64,000 nucleotides of DNA from Nibricoccus sp. (GTDB taxonomy: Bacteria; Verrucomicrobiota; Verrucomicrobiia; Opitutales; Opitutaceae), in NCBI GenBank assembly GCA_047602425.1, contig JASGHG010000001.1, forward strand, positions 736,001 through 800,000, in the 5' to 3' direction. Positions 57,497-64,000 of the stretch are shown piece after piece. Position 1 is the first letter of the stretch; each line of letters begins with the position of its first letter. The notes beneath the pieces were generated by a model. It saw only the letters and a list, made by a program, of their open reading frames with translations, did not search any database and was not told the origin of the DNA. A program made the translations under genes and the position numbers.

Positions 57497-59662
57497 ATGA
57501 CTGGCCTGCACGACCTCACGTTGCTACCCCGAGTCCAGGTCTCGCGCCGTCGGCACGGCGTGATCACCATTTTGCTCCTTCTCACGTGTCCGGCGGTGAT
57601 GACGATGGCCGATCTCCATTGGCGGACCGGTTACGATGGATGGAAAATTTTTCACCTCGTGCTGTTCGCCCTCCTTTTTCCCTTGGTGGCATTGGGCGCA
57701 ACGCAAGCGATCATGGGCTTCGCGATCAGACGCAAGGGCGGCGATCCATTTCAAATCGGTAATTCGATTCCGGCCGAAGGCGGTGAATTGCTCACCGCTC
57801 CGACTGCAATCGTTATGCCCATCTGCAATGAAGAGGTGGGCCGCGTCATCGATGGGCTGCGCGTCATTTACGAATCGCTGGAGAAAAGCGGCCAGATTGA
57901 ACATTATCATTTTTTCCTGCTGAGCGATTCCAGCAACACGAACCGTTGGATTGAAGAAGAGGCCGCCTGGCTTGCGTTGATCAGGAAACTCGACGCCCAT
58001 GGACGGATCTTCTACCGGAAACGCCGCCTCGGCATTAACAAAAAGGCCGGAAACCTCGCGGACTTTTGCCGGAAATGGGGGAAGCTTTACCGATACATGG
58101 TGGTTTTAGATGCGGACAGCATCATGACGTCGACCGCGATCACCCGCCTGGTGGACCTGATGGAACGCAATCGCCGCGTGGGAATCATCCAGGGCATGCC
58201 GCTGCTGGTGAATGGCGAAAGCGTGCTGGCCCGCCTTCAACAATTCGCCAGCCGGCTCTATGCTCCCGTCGGCGCGGCCGGCCTCAATTTCTGGTGCTTG
58301 AGCGAAGCCAATTATTGGGGACACAACGCCATTATCCGGCTCGCGCCTTTCATTCGTCATTGTTCCCTGCCCTCTTTGCCGGGCGATGGACCGTTCGGCG
58401 GAAGAATTCTCAGTCATGACTACGTCGAGGCCGCGCTCATGCGGCGCGCAGGCTGGCAGGTATGGCTGGCGCCCGACATCGACGGCAACTATGAGGAGTG
58501 TCCGCCTTCGATCATCGATCTGGCCCAGCGAGATCGGCGTTGGCTTCAGGGTAATCTGCAACACGCGCGGCTGATCTTCGCCAAAGGATTTCACATCGTA
58601 AATCGGATCCATTTTATACTCGGAATACTCTCCTACCTTGCGTCGCCCTTGTGGCTCGCGTTGGTCATCGCGTCGACGGTCATTGCCGCGAATATTGCCT
58701 CCAACGGTCTTGCGCTGCGCCCCGTGGCGAGTTTCGCCCAATATCTTCACTGGAGTTATACTCAGCAGGCGGTTTGGCTCTTTATATATACCATGGGGCT
58801 TCTATTTTTGCCGAAATTTCTTGCGCTATGGGATCTTCGAAAACGCGTTTCCGAGATTGAAGGTTTTGGCGGATGGGGCGCCGTACTCAAAAGCGTGGTT
58901 TTGGAAACCCTCGTATTCACCCTGCTCGCGCCTGTGCTCATGCTTTTCCACACGTGGTTCATTTTCAATACCCTGAGCGGTCAAAAGGTTTCCTGGGGCG
59001 CGCAGCGCAGAGGCGGCGACTCGGCTTGGGCCGAGTCTTGGGCGGCCCATGGACTACAAACCTTTCTGGGGCTGGCCGCGGCCTTCGTGGTTATACAAAT
59101 CAATCTGACGCTGGCCGCCTGGATGGCACCGATGTTGCTCGGTCTTATATTCTCAATACCGCTCTCATATATTACAGGCTCGGTGCGTCTAGGAAAAATG
59201 CTCAGACAATATGGCTATTTTCAAACCACCGAAGAAACACAACCGCTGCCGGAAATATCCCAACTGGCGAGCATGCGGGCTTCGCGGGACAATGGAACTC
59301 CGCCGGCAGGAATCTTGCAGCCACACTACGGATTGCTTCAAGCCGTGCTCGACCCCTACGTCAACGCCGCGCACGTGTCACTCCTCCGCTCAAAGGATGA
59401 TCCGCCCGCGAAATCCCGCGAACGGTTTCAATTTTTGCGAGCGCTCTTGATCGATGAGGGCCCCCAAGCGCTGACTCATCACGAGCGATTATCCCTGCTG
59501 CTCGATGCGGAATCGATGCATACGCTGCACCACGAAATATGGTCGCTGCCGTCCTCGCAGCTTGCGGATTGGTGGAAACTGGCCCTTCAGCACTATGCCT
59601 ACGTAGCTCCGCCGCCGGTGACACCTTTTACCGCCGCTGCCGAACCAAGCCCAACAGGTTAA
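57497..59662 (+). CDS. opgH: Osmoregulated periplasmic glucan glucosyltransferase H (GT2)
   Basis: TAIVMPICNE, LSDS, KKAGNLADFCRKWG, VLDADS, NYWGHNAIIR, ILSHDYVEAALMRRAGW, RDRRWLQGNLQH. Confidence 0.95.
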   Translation: MTGLHDLTLLPRVQVSRRRHGVITILLLLTCPAVMTMADLHWRTGYDGWKIFHLVLFALLFPLVALGATQAIMGFAIRRKGGDPFQIGNSIPAEGGELLTAPTAIVMPICNEEVGRVIDGLRVIYESLEKSGQIEHYHFFLLSDSSNTNRWIEEEAAWLALIRKLDAHGRIFYRKRRLGINKKAGNLADFCRKWGKLYRYMVVLDADSIMTSTAITRLVDLMERNRRVGIIQGMPLLVNGESVLARLQQFASRLYAPVGAAGLNFWCLSEANYWGHNAIIRLAPFIRHCSLPSLPGDGPFGGRILSHDYVEAALMRRAGWQVWLAPDIDGNYEECPPSIIDLAQRDRRWLQGNLQHARLIFAKGFHIVNRIHFILGILSYLASPLWLALVIASTVIAANIASNGLALRPVASFAQYLHWSYTQQAVWLFIYTMGLLFLPKFLALWDLRKRVSEIEGFGGWGAVLKSVVLETLVFTLLAPVLMLFHTWFIFNTLSGQKVSWGAQRRGGDSAWAESWAAHGLQTFLGLAAAFVVIQINLTLAAWMAPMLLGLIFSIPLSYITGSVRLGKMLRQYGYFQTTEETQPLPEISQLASMRASRDNGTPPAGILQPHYGLLQAVLDPYVNAAHVSLLRSKDDPPAKSRERFQFLRALLIDEGPQALTHHERLSLLLDAESMHTLHHEIWSLPSSQLADWWKLALQHYAYVAPPPVTPFTAAAEPSPTG

Positions 59663-61455
59663 GTTTCGCTGCGTTCCTCCGCCGGGCCCACGGTCTTGGG
59701 ATTGAGATTGTGCGCAGTGTTGATCAATCCCACGTGGGAAAAGGCCTGCGGCACATTCCCGAGTTGCCGTTTGGCGACCGGATCGTACTCCTCCGCCAGC
59801 AAGCCAACGTCATTACAAAGGCGGACGAGCCGTTCGAAAAGCGCCGAGGCGTCAGCGGACCGACCCATCAGATAGAAACAATCCGCCAGCCAGAAGGAGC
59901 ATGGCAGAAACGCGCCTTCACCGGGAGGCAGGCCGTCGACATCGCCCGACTCGGCGGTGCGATAACGCAGGACAAAGCCGCCCGACATTAATTCCTTCTC
60001 AATCAATTCCACGGTCGACACCATGCGCGGATCCCGCGCCGGGAGAAAACCTACCAGCGGCATCATCAGCACGCTCGCGTCGAGTTCGGCGGAGCCGTAA
60101 AACTGCGTGAATGCGCCTCTGGCTGTATTGAAACCCTGGTTACAGATTTCGTCGTGCATTTCCGCGCGCACCGATTTCCATCGCTCCACATCGCCCGAAA
60201 GTCCAAATTGCTCGACTGCCTTCACCGCGCGATCCAGCGCGACCCAGGCCATGACTTTCGAGTGGGTAAAGTGGCGGCGAGGTCCGCGAATTTCCCAGAT
60301 GCCTTCGTCGGGCTTTCGCCAATGCTCGATGACGAACTCGATCAAATGCTTTTGCAGATGCCACGAGATGTCATCTGTTTTCATCCCCGCAACGCGCGCT
60401 GCATGCATGGAGTCGATCACTTCGCCATAAACATCAAGCTGGAACTGCGAGGACGCGGCATTCCCGATTCTCACGGGTCGTGAATTTTCATAACCTTTCA
60501 AATGATCCAACTGAAACTCGGGCAGCGTCCTTTCCCCCGCCAGACCGTACATGATCTGCAATTTCGCCGGGTCGCCCGCCACCGCGCGCAGCAGCCACTC
60601 GCTCCAAGCGCGCGCCTCGTCGGTATACCCCGCTGACATGAATGCGTACAACGTGAAGGTCGAATCCCGCAGCCAGCAAAAACGATAATCCCAGTTGCGC
60701 ACTCCCCCGATAAACTCCGGGAGCGACGTGGTCGCCGCGGCCACGATTCCGCCGGTTGGCGCGTACGTGAGCGCCTTCAAGGTCAACAGCGATCGCATCA
60801 CCGCCGGACGCCAGCGGCCTCGGTAGGTGCAGCGTAACGCCCAGCTTTCCCAAGCGTTTCGCGTCCGTTCAAACGCGCGCCCCACGTCGATGAGCGCGAC
60901 TGGCGCTTCGTGGGAGGGATACCAGGTCAGGGCGAAGGCTTTTTTCTGGCCTTCGGCGATCGTGAAACGCGCAACGCTCGAAAGATCCTCGCCGTGAACA
61001 GGAACGTTGGAGCGAAGCGTCAATCCGTTCGGACCGGCAACCGCCAGCAGACTGCTTTCATCGAGATGCCGAACCCATGGAACTGTCTGGCCGTAGTCGA
61101 ATCGCACCGTCATTCGCATCTCCATCGGCACCACGCCTTTTATGCCTTCAACAATGCGCACGACTTCCCGATAGGGGCCTTCGATGGACATGAAATCCAC
61201 AATTTTCATCACGCCGCCTTCCGTGGTGAACTCCGTTTCCAAGATGAGCGTGTTCCCGAGATACGCGCGTTTCGTCTGCACAACGGGCACCGCCGGTGCG
61301 ATCCGCCAGAAGCCATTGCTCTCGTCGCCAAGCAAAGAGGCGAAACAGGCCTCTGAACCAAATCGAGGCGCGCAAAACCAGTCGATGGAACCGTTCAGGC
61401 CGACCAGGCATACCGTGTGCATGTCGCCGATCAAGGCGTAGTCTTCGATTTTCAT
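59659..61455 (-). CDS. GH15 glycoside hydrolase (trehalase/glucoamylase-like)
   Basis: IEDYALIGD, AAATTSLPE..GGVRNWDYRFCWLRD, QLDVYGE, GIWEIRG, LLAEEYD...GNVPQAFSH. Confidence 0.92.
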   Translation of the reverse strand: MKIEDYALIGDMHTVCLVGLNGSIDWFCAPRFGSEACFASLLGDESNGFWRIAPAVPVVQTKRAYLGNTLILETEFTTEGGVMKIVDFMSIEGPYREVVRIVEGIKGVVPMEMRMTVRFDYGQTVPWVRHLDESSLLAVAGPNGLTLRSNVPVHGEDLSSVARFTIAEGQKKAFALTWYPSHEAPVALIDVGRAFERTRNAWESWALRCTYRGRWRPAVMRSLLTLKALTYAPTGGIVAAATTSLPEFIGGVRNWDYRFCWLRDSTFTLYAFMSAGYTDEARAWSEWLLRAVAGDPAKLQIMYGLAGERTLPEFQLDHLKGYENSRPVRIGNAASSQFQLDVYGEVIDSMHAARVAGMKTDDISWHLQKHLIEFVIEHWRKPDEGIWEIRGPRRHFTHSKVMAWVALDRAVKAVEQFGLSGDVERWKSVRAEMHDEICNQGFNTARGAFTQFYGSAELDASVLMMPLVGFLPARDPRMVSTVELIEKELMSGGFVLRYRTAESGDVDGLPPGEGAFLPCSFWLADCFYLMGRSADASALFERLVRLCNDVGLLAEEYDPVAKRQLGNVPQAFSHVGLINTAHNLNPKTVGPAEERSET

Positions 61456-61457
61456 GG

Positions 61458-64000
61458 TTATTCCTTTTTATTGGTTCCTTCCAGGACGGCGAACGGCAAC
61501 TCCGCGCAAAGCGATCGCAGGTTCAATGGTTCGGCAGAAGGGAAAGTCCGGTCCGCAAAAATATCCCGCCATTGGCCGATGCCGTTCTGCGGAGGAAGCC
61601 GGGTGTCGTCCCAAATGAGCCCCAACGGTGGCGCGCCTATTTTCGCCGTGAGTCGCGGCACCACGACCAGCACGGCGGCGTCCTTCAAATTTCGCCGGAA
61701 AGCGATCACGTGGTCCTTATGAAGCCCCTCGGCCTCGAGCGGCTGGTAGTCGCCAGTGGCAAACAGCTCCGGCCTGCGTTGCCGCAGTTTTAGGAGCAGC
61801 TGCATGGTGCGCATTTTGACGCGGCCATCCCTCCAGTTTTCCACCAGGGAGACGAGGGGCATGTCGGTCACTTGTTCGAGCAGGCGCTGACGCAGCGCGA
61901 AATTTACTTCCCGGCGGTTGTCCGGATCGACCAGGCTAAAATCCCAAATTTCATTTCCCTGATAAAAATCGGGCACGCCCGGCACGGTGCACTTAAGCAC
62001 CAATTGTGTCAGCGAATTCACCATGCCCAGGCGGGCGATGCGCGCCGCCGCCGGCAAAAATGAAGTATAAAATTCCGGCGAGGCTGCGGGAGAACTCACG
62101 GCATCGCAGTATTTCTCGCAGGCCGCAAAGTAAGCTTCGTTGGCTTGCAGAATTGAGGTGTGGGATTTGGCCTCGCTGACCGCTTTCCGAAAATGCTCGC
62201 GAAGGCGTTGCTGGAGTGCCGGGCCCACTTCGTTTTCGTCGAGAGGCCAGACTCCCAGCAAAATTTGAAAAAACCGGTAGCGATCCTGCGCATCGGGCGC
62301 CGCTTCTCCGTCAAGCTGCGTGATATGCTGCTTCGTCAAAGCGTCCCATTCCACGACCCAGCCCGCCCATTCCTCGACCAATTCGGACAATCCATAAAGG
62401 CGGGCGCGCACGTCTTCGCTCAACTTTGTATCATGCGTCGAGGTCGTAAGCATGGAGTATGGGAAATTTGCAAGCCGCTGTTGATTGGCTCGGTGAAAGC
62501 CTTCGATGGTGCCTTTGCGAAGGCCGGGATTTCCCCCAACTTCGTTTAGCGCTATCAGCCGGTTGTAGTTATAAAAGGCCGTATCCTCGACCGCCTTCGC
62601 CATGACCGCGCCGGTGTATTGCTGGAAGGTGAGCACCCAGCTCAAAAGCGCGTCGCGGAAATCCTCGTCGGCATTGGCCGGGGGATAAACACCGACCAAA
62701 AGATCGCGGACAAATTCGAAAGGCTGGGGATCCGCTCTCGGGCTTCGCGCCAGGGACTTCGCGCACATTTCCTCCAGCACCGCGCAATCCGCGGCGGATG
62801 CCGTTTGTTGTCTCCTTCGGTAGGTTCGATAAACAGAAAGGTTCGCCATGAATTCCTCGACCACGCTCGTGATCTCCTGGCGCGTAAGGTCCTTCCAATA
62901 TCGATCCCCGGAGAGGATTTCCACCAGTTCCGAGCCGAGATTGCTGACTGCGTTGAGGAAGAGTTCCGAAATAATGAGCTTCTTCTTCCTATACACTATT
63001 TCCTCGAAGGTTTTTTTGTCCCCGGTGAACCGTTGGTAGATATCGTCAAGTTTGGCCTCGGTGTCCGGGTTGACCAGGACTTGGGCGAGTTGGGCGATAA
63101 ATTCGTAGCCGGTCGTGCCATGGGTCATCCAGCGGTCCGGCAGGGTTTCGTTTTGCGCCAGGATTTTTTCCACGACCACATAGAGCGGACGGGAGGCGTC
63201 CGGGCGGTCGAACGTTTGGAGCCGCTGCAAATAGTCTTCCGGCTGCCGCAAACCGTCGATGTGATCGATGCGCAAGCCCGCGACTTTTCCCTCCCGGACC
63301 AGCCGCGCAAGGAGGCCGTGGCATTCGCGAAAAACGTCATTCCGCTCCATGCGCAGGCCCACGAGGGTGTCGATCGCGAAAAAGCGGCGGTAATTGATTT
63401 CGTGCGCCCCGGTCTTCCATCGCGCCAGGCGATAATGCTGTTTCTCCAGCAGAGCGTGCAACTCGTCGTAGCTGGCGGGATCGCCTGGTTTTCCATTGAT
63501 CGTCTCCAACCGTTCGTCGAGTTTTCTCTTTATATCCGGATGAGCGGCGATGACTTCAACCAGCTCCTTTTTCAAACGCTCCACCGCCTCCGAACGTTGC
63601 GTGGTTACTTCCACCGGAGGTGCGTCGTCGAGCCTCGGAAGGTCGGCAAGCTCCATCAAGATCGCATGAATCTCCGCCGCACCGGGTTGCTCCGGCGGCA
63701 CAAGGGAATCCAGAATCCCCGAGTACGAACCTGGTCTTATCGGCAACGCCACTTCGCCATAACGGAGCGTGAAGCCATTGTCGTACACCAGCGCGATCTT
63801 GCCGCGTTCCAGCACCTTTCCGTAATGGTCTTCCAGCAGCGGAACCAGCACGCGCGGCCGCCCGTGACTTGTCCCGGAGTTCCAGCGAATGTCAAAAAAG
63901 CGCGCATAAGGCGACATCCGACCGTTTTCGAGGACATCGAACCACCACTTGTTCAGCACGCCGGCGATTCCCATGTGGTTCGGCACGAAATCGAGGATGA
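61458..64000 (-). CDS. treY: Malto-oligosyltrehalose synthase, GH13 (N-terminus beyond right edge)
   Basis: ILDFVPNHMG, INYRRFF, GLRIDHIDGL, VVEKIL, GTTGYEF, AKAVEDTAFY, TSTHDTKLSEDVRAR, YQGNE..SLVDPDNRR. Confidence 0.95.
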   Translation of the reverse strand, partial: ILDFVPNHMGIAGVLNKWWFDVLENGRMSPYARFFDIRWNSGTSHGRPRVLVPLLEDHYGKVLERGKIALVYDNGFTLRYGEVALPIRPGSYSGILDSLVPPEQPGAAEIHAILMELADLPRLDDAPPVEVTTQRSEAVERLKKELVEVIAAHPDIKRKLDERLETINGKPGDPASYDELHALLEKQHYRLARWKTGAHEINYRRFFAIDTLVGLRMERNDVFRECHGLLARLVREGKVAGLRIDHIDGLRQPEDYLQRLQTFDRPDASRPLYVVVEKILAQNETLPDRWMTHGTTGYEFIAQLAQVLVNPDTEAKLDDIYQRFTGDKKTFEEIVYRKKKLIISELFLNAVSNLGSELVEILSGDRYWKDLTRQEITSVVEEFMANLSVYRTYRRRQQTASAADCAVLEEMCAKSLARSPRADPQPFEFVRDLLVGVYPPANADEDFRDALLSWVLTFQQYTGAVMAKAVEDTAFYNYNRLIALNEVGGNPGLRKGTIEGFHRANQQRLANFPYSMLTTSTHDTKLSEDVRARLYGLSELVEEWAGWVVEWDALTKQHITQLDGEAAPDAQDRYRFFQILLGVWPLDENEVGPALQQRLREHFRKAVSEAKSHTSILQANEAYFAACEKYCDAVSSPAASPEFYTSFLPAAARIARLGMVNSLTQLVLKCTVPGVPDFYQGNEIWDFSLVDPDNRREVNFALRQRLLEQVTDMPLVSLVENWRDGRVKMRTMQLLLKLRQRRPELFATGDYQPLEAEGLHKDHVIAFRRNLKDAAVLVVVPRLTAKIGAPPLGLIWDDTRLPPQNGIGQWRDIFADRTFPSAEPLNLRSLCAELPFAVLEGTNKKE

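Noticed and set aside
1..64000. CRISPR arrays, rRNA/tRNA genes, transposases, toxin-antitoxin or anti-phage defence genes
   Set aside because: No regularly spaced direct repeats or recognisable motifs for these were found by reading. A covariance-model/HMM scan would be needed to exclude them formally.

Overview
Gene-dense bacterial chromosomal window. The gene families (SusD-less ~1200-aa TonB receptor, DUF3185, PRC-barrel/BON fusion) suggest a Verrucomicrobiota/Opitutaceae-like organism, which is an inference. There are four blocks. (1) 1-16.5 kb, metabolism and envelope: paoABC-type aldehyde oxidoreductase (truncated at the left edge), four-subunit pyruvate:ferredoxin oxidoreductase porCDAB, SBF-like symporter, murJ, a split phosphotransacetylase, an ABC exporter, a ClsC-like phospholipase D and a PAS-PAS-PP2C phosphatase. 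(2) 16.5-20 kb: a CnrYXH-like ECF sigma/anti-sigma/periplasmic-sensor cassette preceded by a small secreted Cys/Lys-rich peptide. (3) 20-41 kb: a co-oriented beta-mannan/glucomannan utilisation locus (CE7, GH94, cellobiose 2-epimerase, two GH130, GH2, GPH symporter, XylR-type regulator, TonB receptor, GH5-like enzyme, GH29). (4) 41-64 kb: a general-stress/osmoprotection island (yciF, NRAMP pseudogene, yqjDEK, DUF1328, PRC-BON, opgH, GH15, treY) around an AlgB-like sigma54 activator. The strongest non-obvious signal is two outward-facing sigma54 -24/-12 promoters flanking this activator. Each has a pair of 13-bp GCA-N3-YGCC sites with identical 31-bp spacing, 77-78 bp from the promoter, which points to a sigma54-driven general stress regulon. 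No rRNA, tRNA, CRISPR array or transposase was recognised. A REP doublet lies inside a possible MITE at 46.8 kb. Family calls come from motif recognition by eye, not database searches.
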